Positions 53,244-63,083 of a DNA stretch of 64,000 nt are shown here, one piece after another. The position numbers and the translations under genes were made by a program. Source of the stretch: an uncultured Eubacteriales bacterium (lineage in GTDB: Bacteria; Bacillota; Clostridia; Christensenellales; Aristaeellaceae); contig URJB01000005.1 of the NCBI GenBank assembly GCA_900548145.1, positions 14,589 through 78,588 on the forward strand, written 5' to 3'. Every line of letters starts with the position of its first letter. Positions within the stretch are counted from its first letter, which is position 1. A model generated the notes under the pieces. That model saw only the letters and a list, made by a program, of their open reading frames with translations. It was not told the DNA's origin and did not search any database.

Positions 53244-54401
53244 ATGACCCCTGAGATCGAAATTTCCCAAGCAGCGCTGGACAGTCTGCCAAATTGTCTG
53301 CTGGTGGACATGCGGGACGCCGAAAGCGTGGCCTACGGGGTTATCCCCGGGGCGGTTCCGCTGCCGCCGGAACGGCTGGAAGCCGAGGTTCCCGCCCGCT
53401 GCGCCGGGAGACCCGTGGTACTGTACTGTGCCAGGGGGCAGTTCAGTGTGGACGCGGCGGAAGACCTGCGCCGTCTGGGCGTGGAGGCCTACAGTCTGGA
53501 GGGCGGCTACGCGGGCTGGCTGCTGTATCGAATGCAGCGGGAGCAGGAGACCAGCCTGCTGCAGCAGCAGATTGAGGAGGGCATCCGCAAGACGTGGCAC
53601 AAGCGGCTTTTTTCCAAGTTTGCCAAGGCCATCCGCACCTATGATCTGGTCAAGCCCGGCGACCGGATCGCCGTGTGCATTTCCGGCGGCAAGGATTCCA
53701 TGCTCATGGCCAAGCTGTTTCAGGAGCTTTACCGGCACCACAAATTCCCCTTCGAGCTGAAATTTCTGGTCATGGATCCCGGCTACAACGAGACCAACCG
53801 CAAGGTGATCGAGCACAACGCCCGGCTTTTGGGCATTCCCATCACCATTTTTGAGACGGATATTTTCGACATCGTCTACAAGGAAGAAAAGAACCCCTGC
53901 TACCTGTGCGCCCGGATGCGCCGGGGGTATCTGTACAGCAAGGCGCGGGAACTGGGCTGCAACAAGATCGCGCTGGGCCATCATTACGACGACGTGATCG
54001 AGACCATCCTCATGGGGATGCTCTACGGCGCGCAGGTGCAGACCATGATGCCCAAGCTGCACAGCACCAACTTTCCCGGCATGGAACTGATCCGCCCCAT
54101 GTACCTGATCCGGGAGGCGGATATCAAGGCGTGGCGGGACCGCAACGACCTGCACTTCATCCAGTGCGCCTGCCGCTTCACCGACACCTGCACCACCTGC
54201 GACCCCAGCGGCCGCTCTGTGTCCAAGCGCATGGAGATCAAGCAGCTCATCGCCCAGCTGAAAAAAATCAATCCCTCGGTGGAGGCCAACATTTTCCGCA
54301 GCATGGAAAACGTGAACCTGAACACGGTCATTTCCTACAAACAGGGCGATCAGGTGCATTCGTTCCTGGACCGGTATGATGAAATTCAGGGGAAGGAATA
54401 A
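53244..54401 (+). CDS. Rhodanese domain fused to a TtcA-family PP-loop tRNA thiolation ATPase
   Basis: Rhodanese loop VLYCARGQFS. PP-loop AVCISGGKDS, CYLCARMRRG, GHHYDD, C-terminal CACRFTDTCTTC. Confidence 0.85.
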   Translation: MTPEIEISQAALDSLPNCLLVDMRDAESVAYGVIPGAVPLPPERLEAEVPARCAGRPVVLYCARGQFSVDAAEDLRRLGVEAYSLEGGYAGWLLYRMQREQETSLLQQQIEEGIRKTWHKRLFSKFAKAIRTYDLVKPGDRIAVCISGGKDSMLMAKLFQELYRHHKFPFELKFLVMDPGYNETNRKVIEHNARLLGIPITIFETDIFDIVYKEEKNPCYLCARMRRGYLYSKARELGCNKIALGHHYDDVIETILMGMLYGAQVQTMMPKLHSTNFPGMELIRPMYLIREADIKAWRDRNDLHFIQCACRFTDTCTTCDPSGRSVSKRMEIKQLIAQLKKINPSVEANIFRSMENVNLNTVISYKQGDQVHSFLDRYDEIQGKE

Positions 54402-54432
54402 GACGGTCTTCTCCTCAAAAACATTGATACGC

Positions 54433-54470
54433 AAACGGCGCGGCCTTTCCGGTCGCGCCGTTTGATTTTC
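54433..54470. terminator. Bidirectional intrinsic terminator
   Basis: aaacggcgcg-gcctttccggt-cgcgccgtttgatttt, between convergent genes. Confidence 0.75.
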
Positions 54471-54471
54471 G

Positions 54472-54927
54472 TTATTCCAATGCCGCATTATTTTTCCAGT
54501 GATTCAGATATGGCACGACCGCTTCCATATGGGCGCGGACCTGCTCTGCGGGCCAGCTTTCGTTGGCCATGTGTTCTACGCAGAAATCAATGAGCTGCTC
54601 TTTGCTTTCGTATTTGAATTCCCCATCGGTATAGCACCACTTGCAATATTCCTCGTTGAAGGAACCGTCCGTTTCTTTGCTGATGGTGGAATCGTCAAGC
54701 GGCATCCCGCAGCATTGGCAGATCAGCTTTCGCGGGGAGCCAAGCAGCGTATTGATCGAAACGTCAAAAACCTTTGACAGCAGCTTCAGCGTTTCCACAT
54801 TGGGCGTCGTTTCCCCGTTTTCCCAGCGGGACACCGCCTGCCTTGTCACAAACACTTTTTCTGCCAGTTCGTCCTGCGACATTCCCTTCCGGTTCCTCAG
54901 CTGGCACAGGATCTCCTTTGTATCCAT
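54472..54927 (-). CDS. XRE-family HTH protein with C-terminal zinc-ribbon domain
   Basis: HTH MSQDELAEKVFVTRQAVSRWENG, then CQCCGMPL...CKWCY. Start at MDTKEIL. Confidence 0.8.
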   Translation of the reverse strand: MDTKEILCQLRNRKGMSQDELAEKVFVTRQAVSRWENGETTPNVETLKLLSKVFDVSINTLLGSPRKLICQCCGMPLDDSTISKETDGSFNEEYCKWCYTDGEFKYESKEQLIDFCVEHMANESWPAEQVRAHMEAVVPYLNHWKNNAALE

Positions 54928-55001
54928 TTGAAACCCCTCCTCGATGCAAGGGTAACACAGGATCGTTTTCCAGACAAGCAACTGGCAGTTGCTGCGGCCT
55001 G

Positions 55002-55571
55002 TCAGTCCTTCAGGATTCCGGGGAAATTTCCTTTCAGAAAATGTCTGTACTCCGGATGCTCCGAAGCGTTCTCATACTCTTCTCGAATGGTCTTTTCATT
55101 CCATTCCTTCGCTCTCTCCGACAGTTCTTCATACCGAACGACGGAAAGCAGGCCTTCGCGTTCCGCCTGCAGGATCGCCTCATAGGCGTCCGGAATGAAT
55201 TCCGAGCCCGCCACATCGACCGGCACGCTGCTTGCGGCCGCATCCGGGATTGGAACGGCAAAACCGGCCTCCGAAATGGTCTCGGCCCGATAGATATAAC
55301 CGGACACGCCCTGATAGGTACTGATCAGCGCGTTGGGGTAGTATTCCTCCAGCCGCTGGCGCCCGTCCCTGTTAAAGCCATACGGCCCCCACTTCTGGTA
55401 GATCCCCTCATACAAAAAGCCGGTCTCCTTACAATACTTCTCAACGGCGTTGCTCAAGTACACCAATACATTTTCTCTTTTTTTCGAAAAGTAGACCAGC
55501 GGGATCCCATGATTGGAAACATGCGGCTTCAGTTGGGTGATCCCGCCGAACGGCGATGCGTGATAGTACAT
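55002..55571 (-). CDS. Hypothetical cytoplasmic protein (189 aa)
   Basis: Clean ORF with RBS ggaggag. No motif I can assign; starts MYYHASPFGG. Confidence 0.6.
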   Translation of the reverse strand: MYYHASPFGGITQLKPHVSNHGIPLVYFSKKRENVLVYLSNAVEKYCKETGFLYEGIYQKWGPYGFNRDGRQRLEEYYPNALISTYQGVSGYIYRAETISEAGFAVPIPDAAASSVPVDVAGSEFIPDAYEAILQAEREGLLSVVRYEELSERAKEWNEKTIREEYENASEHPEYRHFLKGNFPGILKD

Positions 55572-55693
55572 TGCTTCTCCTCCTGAGCGTATTTTTTACG
55601 GTCCAGGTCGATGAACGAAATAAGCCTCTTTCATGCGTTTCCTCCGCTCTTTCCTAAACCGGAAGAAAGCAGCCCCGTCTGAATCGGCAACCG

Positions 55694-56566
55694 CTATGCC
55701 AGATATTCCGGATAGCTTTTCGTAAATTGCTCGTTTGCTTTCAGCAGTTGTTCGTAATGCTCGTTATACAGCGGACTGAGCTTTCTCATGGCGGGGATAA
55801 ACGTATCGTCATATCCATTGGCCGCGCAGATCTGTTTCATCGTTTCCATCAGCCGGCAGGCAGGCGAATTCTGATATTCCTCCGTTTGCCGGTATTTTTG
55901 GTAATCATCCAATACCTTTTTATGATTCCTGACAAACTCGTCCAGATTCTGAAGGGCATACTCCTGTTCCTGCAAAACGCGCCGGAGCCTCTCGGTTTCC
56001 TCTTCTCCGGAGCCTTCTTCCATACAGGCATCCAGATATTCCCGCAGATCATCCGGCAAACGGATCTCCGGAACCCGATCAAAGAATTCGATGATCTGAT
56101 GAAAGGCTTTTTTCTGTTCCTCCGTCTCCACCTTTCCCGTCAGATATCTGGAAAAATGGAGACGGATGATTTTCCCATAATACCCCGGAAACAGCTCGCC
56201 CAGTTTTTGGATAATGATCGTATTGGAACTGAGCGGATCAATCTCCGGCTCAAGATCCTCGATTGCTTCTCCTGCCGCCAGCCGCTTCAACCATTCCTGT
56301 TTGGTTTTTTCCTGCTCCAGTTCCAGCTCTCTTTGATAAAAAATGCCGCTGATTTCCCCGCGATCCTCAAGCACACGCCGGATCTCCCGGATGCTCAAGC
56401 CTAATTTCCGATATAGAACGACCCGCTTTAGTACTTTCGTATCCTCTTCTGAAAAATCTCTATATCCATTTTCCAGCACCTTCGGATCGACCAGCCCCTG
56501 CTCCACATAATACTGGACCGCTTTTTTGGTGATACCGCATTTCCTTGCCGCTTCGTTGATAAGCAT
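55694..56566 (-). CDS. MerR-family transcriptional regulator with long C-terminal domain
   Basis: MLINEAARKCGITKKAVQYYVEQGL...GYRDFSEEDTKVLKRVVLYRKLGLSIREI. ATG 6 nt after ggaggtg. Confidence 0.85.
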   Translation of the reverse strand: MLINEAARKCGITKKAVQYYVEQGLVDPKVLENGYRDFSEEDTKVLKRVVLYRKLGLSIREIRRVLEDRGEISGIFYQRELELEQEKTKQEWLKRLAAGEAIEDLEPEIDPLSSNTIIIQKLGELFPGYYGKIIRLHFSRYLTGKVETEEQKKAFHQIIEFFDRVPEIRLPDDLREYLDACMEEGSGEEETERLRRVLQEQEYALQNLDEFVRNHKKVLDDYQKYRQTEEYQNSPACRLMETMKQICAANGYDDTFIPAMRKLSPLYNEHYEQLLKANEQFTKSYPEYLA

Positions 56567-56656
56567 CCTTCTCACCTCCCCCTCATTGTAAACCGGCCTG
56601 TAAGGGGACAGTCAATACGGAATGCCAAATTTCCGCCAATTTTCTGCAACGGGCAA

Positions 56657-56692
56657 GCGCCGCACGTTTTCCTTCCGTGCGGCGCGTTTTTT
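56657..56692. terminator. Strong GC hairpin after the ABC exporter pair (U-tail only in plus orientation)
   Basis: gcgccgcacg-ttttccttc-cgtgcggcgc-gtttttt. Confidence 0.5.
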
Positions 56693-56701
56693 GTTTCTCT
56701 T

Positions 56702-58492
56702 TTAGGCTGCCTGCGTCTGGGCGGTATACAGCTCGTAATAATACCCTTTCTTGGCCATCAGCTCGTCGTGGCTGCCCGCTTCCAGGATGCCCTTGTTGCC
56801 GATGTAGAGGATGCGGTCGCAGCTCTTGATGGTGGACAGCCGGTGGGCCACAATGAAGCTGGTGCGGCCCCGCAGCAGCGTTTCGATGCCCTGCTGCAGC
56901 AGGCGCTCCGTCTGGGTGTCGATGGAGGAGGTGGCCTCGTCCAGAATCAGGATGCGGGGGTCGGACAAAAGCGTCCGGGCAAAGGCGATCAGCTGCCGCT
57001 GGCCCTGACTGAGACCGCCGCCCCGCTCGTTGACCGGCGTGGCGTACTGCTGGGGCATCTGTGCAATGAACTCGTGGGCCCGCACGGCCTTGGCCGCGGC
57101 GATGACCTCCTCATCCGCAGCGTCCAACCGTCCGTAGCGGATGTTGTCCATGATGGTTCCTGCAAACAGGAAGCTGTCCTGCAGCATGATGCCCAGCTGG
57201 GAGCGCAGGGAATGAAGCGTCGCGCCCGCAATGTCCTGCGTGGTTCCGTCGGCGCAGTGGAGCAGAATGCGTCCGCCCCGCAGGTTGTAGAACCGGCACA
57301 GCAGGTTGATCACCGTAGACTTGCCCGCCCCGGTGGGCCCCACCAGCGCGATGCGCTCCCCGGCCCGCACATGCAGGTTCAGGTTTTCCAGCACAGTCTG
57401 GCCCTTCTCGTAGCCGAACTCCACGTTTTCGAAGGTCACTTCGCCGTCCAGCGCCTTCAGGGGCTCCGCGTCAGGAACGTCCTTCACCTCCACCGGCTCG
57501 TCCATGGTCTCGAAAATGCGCTCCAGATAGGCGATGTTATTCACAAAAGAGTTGTAGATGTTCGCCAGATTGGTGATGGGCTGCCAGAAGCGGCTCACAT
57601 AGGAAGCCATGGCAAGGATCACGCCGAAGGAGACCATCTTGCCGCCCAGCCAGTAAACGCCCGCGATATACAGCAGGGAGAACACGATCTGCGTCAGGCT
57701 CTCCGAGGACAGCCACACGGCGTTGGAAACGTACATGGCCTTCATCCACGCGTCCCGGCAGGCCAGCGCCAGCCGCTTCATGATGGAGCAGTTCACCTCC
57801 TGACGGGCGAAGAGCTGAGACACCTTCACTCCGTCGATACTTTCGGCCAGATAGGCGTTGTAGTTGGAGTTCTTGTTGCTCTGCTGCTGCCATGCCTTGC
57901 GCTGCCGGGGCTTCAGGATGCACACGATGGCGATGAACACCGGCAGGCCGCTGACCACCACCGTGGCCAGCGTCGCGTCCATCGAATACATGAACACGAT
58001 GATGACGGCCACGTTGATGATCTCCAGAATGCTGTTGATGATGCCGTTGGAAAGAATATCCGACACGGAGTTCACATAGTTGATGACCCGCACCAGAATT
58101 TTGCCGGCCGGGCGGCTGTCGTAGTAGCTGAAGGGCAGCTCCTGCAAATGATGGAACAGATCCCGGCGGATGTCGAAGATGATCTCCTGACTGACGTAGG
58201 CCATCACCCGGGCCCGGATGACGGTAAACACGATGCTGACGACGATCAGCCCGCAGTAGATCAGCGCCCAGCGCACCAGCGTCTGCACATCCCCGGCGGG
58301 AACCACCTCGTCCAGCACCCGGGACATGATCTTTGGCGTATACAGGGTGCAGATGGAGGCCAGCACGCTCAGCGCCAGCGCGCCTATCATCTGGAAGCGG
58401 TGGCGGCCAATGTACTGAAAGGCCCGTTTCAGGTGTTTCCATTGAAAGGGAGACTCCAGCGTCTCGTCCACGTCAAATTTGTTGCGCGCCAT
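56702..58492 (-). CDS. ABC exporter, fused permease/ATPase half-transporter
   Basis: 6-TM domain, Walker A GPTGAGKST, LSQGQRQL, ILILDEATS. Confidence 0.92.
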   Translation of the reverse strand: MARNKFDVDETLESPFQWKHLKRAFQYIGRHRFQMIGALALSVLASICTLYTPKIMSRVLDEVVPAGDVQTLVRWALIYCGLIVVSIVFTVIRARVMAYVSQEIIFDIRRDLFHHLQELPFSYYDSRPAGKILVRVINYVNSVSDILSNGIINSILEIINVAVIIVFMYSMDATLATVVVSGLPVFIAIVCILKPRQRKAWQQQSNKNSNYNAYLAESIDGVKVSQLFARQEVNCSIMKRLALACRDAWMKAMYVSNAVWLSSESLTQIVFSLLYIAGVYWLGGKMVSFGVILAMASYVSRFWQPITNLANIYNSFVNNIAYLERIFETMDEPVEVKDVPDAEPLKALDGEVTFENVEFGYEKGQTVLENLNLHVRAGERIALVGPTGAGKSTVINLLCRFYNLRGGRILLHCADGTTQDIAGATLHSLRSQLGIMLQDSFLFAGTIMDNIRYGRLDAADEEVIAAAKAVRAHEFIAQMPQQYATPVNERGGGLSQGQRQLIAFARTLLSDPRILILDEATSSIDTQTERLLQQGIETLLRGRTSFIVAHRLSTIKSCDRILYIGNKGILEAGSHDELMAKKGYYYELYTAQTQAA

Positions 58493-60234
58493 TACGAAGC
58501 AGCTCCTTCCATCGGCAGGTCGTTCTGCAGGGCATAGGTTTGCCAGTAGTAGCCGTGGTTCTTCAGCAGTTCCTCATGAGTGCCCCGCTCGGTGATGCGG
58601 CCGTTTTCCAGCACCAGAATCTGGTCGGCGTCCTTGACGGCGCTGATGCGCTGGCCGATGATGATCTTGGTGCAGGGGAAGGGCAGGTGAAGAAGCTGCT
58701 GCTGGATGTAATGCTCGGTCTCGCTGTCCAGCGCGGAGGTGGTGTCGTCCATGATCAGGATGGACGGGTGCATGGCCAGTGCCCGAGCCAGCGCGATTCG
58801 CTGCTTCTGGCCGCCGGACAGGCCGGTGCCCCGCTCGCCGATGATGGTATCGTATTTTTCCGACAGGCCCTCGATGAAGTCATCCGCGGCGGCAATGCGG
58901 GCGCATTCCCGCACGCCGTCCTCCGTCAATTCCTGATTGCCGAAGGCGATATTGCCGTCCACGGTGTCGGAGAACAGGAACACATCCTGCGTGGCAACAC
59001 CCAGCCCGCCCCGGAGCTGCTGCAGCTTCCAGTCCCGCACGTCGGTATCATCCACCAGCACCGTGCCACCGGTCACGTCGTAGCAGCGGGCCAGCAGGTT
59101 GATCAGCGTGGTCTTGCCCGAGCCCGTGGGCCCCATGATGGCCAGCGTGCTGCCCGCCTCCGCCGTAAAGGACACATCGTGGAGCACCTCCGTGCGGTCA
59201 AAGGCCGCGTTCACGTGCTGGAACTCCACCTTGCCCTTCATGGACGGATGATTCTTCGCCGTGGGCCGATCCTGAATGGCGGGGCGGCTGCAATACAGCT
59301 CCATCACCTTATGGGCCGAGGTCTGGAAGCGCTGGAAATCGTTGATGAGATTGCCCAGCTGGCGCATGGGGTTGGCCAGCGCCCACGTCAGCTGGGAGAA
59401 GATCGTCAGTTGGCCGGGAGTCAGCTGACCCTTGATAATCAGGTAGCCGCCCAGAAATACCGTGATGATGGTCATGGCGTGGGCCAGAATTTCGATAAAC
59501 GGGAAGAAGCTGAGCCACTTCTTATTGATGTTCAGCTGGCTGTCCCGGAAGGCGGCGCTGCGCTTTTCGAATTTTTCTTCTTCAAAGCTCTCCCGGGCGA
59601 AGGCCTTCACCACCCGGTTGCCCGCGATGTTCTCCTGCGCCCCCGCGTTCATTTCGCTGAGCTTTTCCCGCATGAACACAAACAGGGGCCGGGCCTGCCG
59701 GGAGTACAGATTGGTGATGAGCAGCAGTAGCGGCGTCACCATCACCAGAAACAGCGTCAGCCGCCAGCTGGTGAAGAAAAAGCAGATCAGGGTGCTCAAA
59801 AAGATGCACACGCAGTCCACAATGGCATAGCTCATGTAGGACATGAAGTGGCGGCACCAGTCCAGGTCACCGGACATCCGGGTCATCAGTTCGCCGGTGC
59901 GGTTGCGGTCGAAGTACCGGGTGTCCTGATACTGCAGCCGCTCGAACAGCCGGCAGCGCAGCTTGAGCACGTTCTCCTGCGACGTTTTTTCCAGCATGAT
60001 GACCATGGCGTAGCGCAGGCCCTCCCGGCCCAGCTTCACCGCCAGCATCACCGCCAGAATGCCCAGCAGGGGTTCGGGATTCTGTGCCACAATGACGTCG
60101 TCCACCAGTTTGGCGCTCAGGGTAGGATTGACCAACAAAAGAACGCTGGTAAAGGCCGAAATCGCCAGCGCCGTGATAAACCGAATTTTTCCTTTTTTCT
60201 CCGTCAGACTCCACAGCCATGCAATGCAGCGCAT
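58492..60234 (-). CDS. ABC exporter, fused permease/ATPase half-transporter (partner)
   Basis: Walker A GPTGSGKTT, LSGGQKQR, ILIMDDTTS. Stop shares 1 nt with the downstream ATG. Start at MRCIAW, 5 nt after ggagg and downstream of the consensus promoter. Confidence 0.9.
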   Translation of the reverse strand: MRCIAWLWSLTEKKGKIRFITALAISAFTSVLLLVNPTLSAKLVDDVIVAQNPEPLLGILAVMLAVKLGREGLRYAMVIMLEKTSQENVLKLRCRLFERLQYQDTRYFDRNRTGELMTRMSGDLDWCRHFMSYMSYAIVDCVCIFLSTLICFFFTSWRLTLFLVMVTPLLLLITNLYSRQARPLFVFMREKLSEMNAGAQENIAGNRVVKAFARESFEEEKFEKRSAAFRDSQLNINKKWLSFFPFIEILAHAMTIITVFLGGYLIIKGQLTPGQLTIFSQLTWALANPMRQLGNLINDFQRFQTSAHKVMELYCSRPAIQDRPTAKNHPSMKGKVEFQHVNAAFDRTEVLHDVSFTAEAGSTLAIMGPTGSGKTTLINLLARCYDVTGGTVLVDDTDVRDWKLQQLRGGLGVATQDVFLFSDTVDGNIAFGNQELTEDGVRECARIAAADDFIEGLSEKYDTIIGERGTGLSGGQKQRIALARALAMHPSILIMDDTTSALDSETEHYIQQQLLHLPFPCTKIIIGQRISAVKDADQILVLENGRITERGTHEELLKNHGYYWQTYALQNDLPMEGAAS

Positions 60235-60300
60235 AGAAACCTCCAACTCCATTGAGGTCGTCGCGTGGGGATTGCCGTTACAGCCGGCGTAAACGCTCAC

Positions 60301-60329
60301 ATTATAGGCCACCTGATTGGGAATGTCAA
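60301..60329 (-). promoter_or_regulatory. Perfect consensus sigma-A promoter for the ABC exporter pair
   Basis: Minus strand reads ttgaca-17 nt-tataat. Confidence 0.75.
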
Positions 60330-60446
60330 AGCCTTTCTGACATTTTTAGGAAAGAATTTGCAACTTTGGGTCAAGGCCCTTAAAAACCCGGTGAGATTCT
60401 ATCCATAACATCCGATTTCCGCCGGTTGGACAGCGTGTTTTTTCCA

Positions 60447-60485
60447 TTCAAAAACCCGGCGGGATCAAAACGCTCCTGCCGGGCG
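60447..60485 (-). terminator. Intrinsic terminator after the MATE gene
   Basis: Minus strand reads cccggcagg-agcgttttgat-cccgccggg-tttttgaa. Confidence 0.7.
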
Positions 60486-60493
60486 AAAAGCAT

Positions 60494-61855
60494 TTACAGT
60501 TTTTGCAGCATATTTCTGTCCACCCGCCGGTACAAAAGCAGGCACAGCGCCACCGAAAACAGCTCCGCAATGGGGAAACTCCACCACACCGCGTCCACGT
60601 TGCCGGTCTTGCTCAAAAGCCACGCCACGGGCAGCAGCACGATGATCTGCCGGCAAAGGCTCATCCACAGGCTGTACATACCCTTGCCCACGGCCTGGAA
60701 CAGCGTGGAAATGGTGATACCCACCGCCGCCAGCAGGAAGCTCAGGCTGATGACCCGCAGGGCGACCACGCCCATGTCGGTCAGATCCCGCGCGTTTCCG
60801 GCCTCAAACAGGCTCAGCAGCGTTTCCGGGATCAGCAGGAAGGCAATCGTGCCCAGCAGCATGATCACACAGGCCCAGATCAGCGCTACCTTCAGCGCGT
60901 CATACACGCGTGCACGCATCCGCGCACCATAGTTGTAGCCCAGAATGGCCACCAGACCGTTGCTCAGGCCGAATACCGGCATAAACACGAAGGACTGCAG
61001 CTTGAAATACACGCCCAGCACGTTGACGGCTGTCGCGCCGAAGCCCAGCAGGATCATGTTCATCAGCACGTTCATTACGGAGGAGATGGACTGCATGATG
61101 ATGCTGGGGAAGCCTACGTCCAGAATGCCCTTCAGGATCGTCTTATTGGGACGGAAGCCCTTCAGATGCAGCCGCAGCTCCACGTTTTTCGCCTGATTGA
61201 GCACGAGACCAAGCGTCATGCCGCCGATCTGGCCGATGACGGTAGCGATGGCCGCGCCCGCAATGCCCATAGCCGGGCAGCCCAGCAGACCGAAGATCAT
61301 AATGGGGTCCAGAATGATGTTGATGACCGCGCCCGTCAACTGGGTCACCATGGACAGCACCGTGTTGCCGGTAGCCTGCATCATGCGCTCAAAGCAGATG
61401 CCGAAGAACAGACCGAAGCTGAAAATGCACACGATGCTCAGATACTCGCCGCCCAGCGCCTGCAGCTCCAGATCGTCCGTGAACAGGTTGAAAAACGGCT
61501 TGGCGAACAACAGGCCGAACACCAGAAACAGCGCGTAGCCGCACAGCTCCGTGAACATACCGTTCTTGGCCGCGTCCCGGGCCTCCTCCGCCCGCTTTTC
61601 GCCCAGCTTCCGGCTGATCAGGCTGTTGAAGCCAACGCCCAAGCCGGTGGATACGGCGATCATCAGCATCTGGATGGGATAGGCCAGCGAAACGGCGGTC
61701 AGGGCCGCGGCGCTGTACTTGGCCACAAAAATACCGTCCACCACGTTGTACAAGGCCTGAACCATCATGCTGATCATAATGGGAATGGAAACCTTGGGAA
61801 CCAGCTTTCCCATTTCCATCGTACCCAACATTTTGGAACGTTCCTGTGTCTCCAT
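60494..61855 (-). CDS. MATE-family efflux transporter
   Basis: About 12 TM; typical MATE N-terminus LVPKVSIPIMISMMVQALYNVVDGIFV. Start at METQERS. Confidence 0.9.
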   Translation of the reverse strand: METQERSKMLGTMEMGKLVPKVSIPIMISMMVQALYNVVDGIFVAKYSAAALTAVSLAYPIQMLMIAVSTGLGVGFNSLISRKLGEKRAEEARDAAKNGMFTELCGYALFLVFGLLFAKPFFNLFTDDLELQALGGEYLSIVCIFSFGLFFGICFERMMQATGNTVLSMVTQLTGAVINIILDPIMIFGLLGCPAMGIAGAAIATVIGQIGGMTLGLVLNQAKNVELRLHLKGFRPNKTILKGILDVGFPSIIMQSISSVMNVLMNMILLGFGATAVNVLGVYFKLQSFVFMPVFGLSNGLVAILGYNYGARMRARVYDALKVALIWACVIMLLGTIAFLLIPETLLSLFEAGNARDLTDMGVVALRVISLSFLLAAVGITISTLFQAVGKGMYSLWMSLCRQIIVLLPVAWLLSKTGNVDAVWWSFPIAELFSVALCLLLYRRVDRNMLQKL

Positions 61856-61952
61856 TCGTTGCTCTCCTTCATTCGCATAGTCGGGGAAAAGTCCCAAGGG
61901 TCTATGCTAACAGCAAACGACTGAATAGTCAATAGCGGATGAACCGCCGTTT

Positions 61953-62927
61953 TCAGTTTTCCCGGAAAATTTCCATTTTCTCCCGCAGGGGATACGCCGT
62001 CACACCGTCGCCGTCCAGATCTTCCCGTTGCATGTCCACCACGGTCAACTGGGAATTGTCATAGGTGCGGTAGTAGTAAAGGCCCCGGTCGGCGTTCATG
62101 CAGCCCGAATACAAGGTGATCTCGTACTGGCCGTCCGGCAGACGGCACAGGCCCCGCTGCTGCTCCACCGCGCCCAGAATATGGAAAAACTGGCTCACGC
62201 TGGAAAGTTCATCGTCCCCGGACTGAGCGTTCAGACAGGCGAAGGCCGCCCGCACGAAACGGGACTGGGAGGACAGATCGCCGGGCAGCCCCATAGCGCC
62301 CATGCCCCGGCTGTACTCCCAAAAGGGCAGCTCCTTAGCAAAGCGGAACTCCGGGCCGTCGGGCGAAAGCCGGGCGTAGTTGTTCAGCTGGAACAGCTGC
62401 ATGGGGAAGGGCGGATTGTTGGTCAGCACCCGAGCGGGATTCTCGTAAACGTGGAGCCCGTCCGCCACACTTTCGATCACCAGACAGGTATCCCGATCCG
62501 CCAGCATCCAGTGCAGCTGGGAGGCCGGCATCCCCTGGCAGAAGGGTTCGTCCGTCAGGTTCAGCTTTTCCAGCGCCGCGCGGGCCTCCGCCGCCGTGGC
62601 GCACCGGGCCAACAACCACGGGATCAGCTCGAACTGGGCCACGTTGTCCTTGCCCTGCACAGGCGCGTGATACACAGCGCTGCCCACGAAATTCAGCCCG
62701 GCGATCGCCAGCCCCTTTTCGTTCACCGCGTCATAATACAGCGGGTAGCCGTCCTGCATATGGGCCATGCCGATCATGGCGTAGTGCTCCGTCCAGTTTT
62801 CTCCGTTGCGGAAGGCAAAGGGGTACTTCCGGGGCGTGACGGTCACGCTTTCCCCAAAGCTGCGTTCATAATCCAGATTGCGTCCAAAATAAAAATCCTT
62901 CGTCCGATATGCGGCGGCGGTACACAT
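61953..62927 (-). CDS. Choloylglycine hydrolase family Ntn hydrolase (bile salt hydrolase / penicillin V acylase type)
   Basis: [21 protein letters not shown]: Cys2 nucleophile and the GRNLD block. 324 aa. Confidence 0.88.
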   Translation of the reverse strand: MCTAAAYRTKDFYFGRNLDYERSFGESVTVTPRKYPFAFRNGENWTEHYAMIGMAHMQDGYPLYYDAVNEKGLAIAGLNFVGSAVYHAPVQGKDNVAQFELIPWLLARCATAAEARAALEKLNLTDEPFCQGMPASQLHWMLADRDTCLVIESVADGLHVYENPARVLTNNPPFPMQLFQLNNYARLSPDGPEFRFAKELPFWEYSRGMGAMGLPGDLSSQSRFVRAAFACLNAQSGDDELSSVSQFFHILGAVEQQRGLCRLPDGQYEITLYSGCMNADRGLYYYRTYDNSQLTVVDMQREDLDGDGVTAYPLREKMEIFREN

Positions 62928-63083
62928 GATTTTTCATCCTTTCAGTGTTGGTTTGTCCTTGCCCCACCAGTATACCCCGTTTTTTCTCCCGGAACAATGG
63001 AAAAGCCGCCGAAACCATTGCAGTTTTTCGCCGCCGGTGATATAAAGAAGGAGGAAAAAGATTTTTCAAGGGAGGGACTTTTC

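Noticed and set aside
52620-54488. 622-aa ORF on the minus strand
   Set aside because: Antisense to the YbaK-like and rhodanese-TtcA genes. It has no motifs, whereas the plus frames carry the PP-loop and rhodanese signatures.
55596-55634. 12-codon mini-ORF (MKEAYFVHRPGP) with an upstream ggagga, between merR and the 189-aa gene on the minus strand
   Set aside because: Too short to support without conservation or ribosome-profiling data. It could be chance in a 120-nt spacer.
56768-59730. 589-aa and 465-aa plus-strand ORFs
   Set aside because: Antisense to the two ABC exporter genes (Walker/signature motifs lie on the minus strand).
60503-61924. 473-aa plus-strand ORF
   Set aside because: Antisense to the MATE transporter. 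His/Gln/Asp/Arg-rich and lacks hydrophobic segments.
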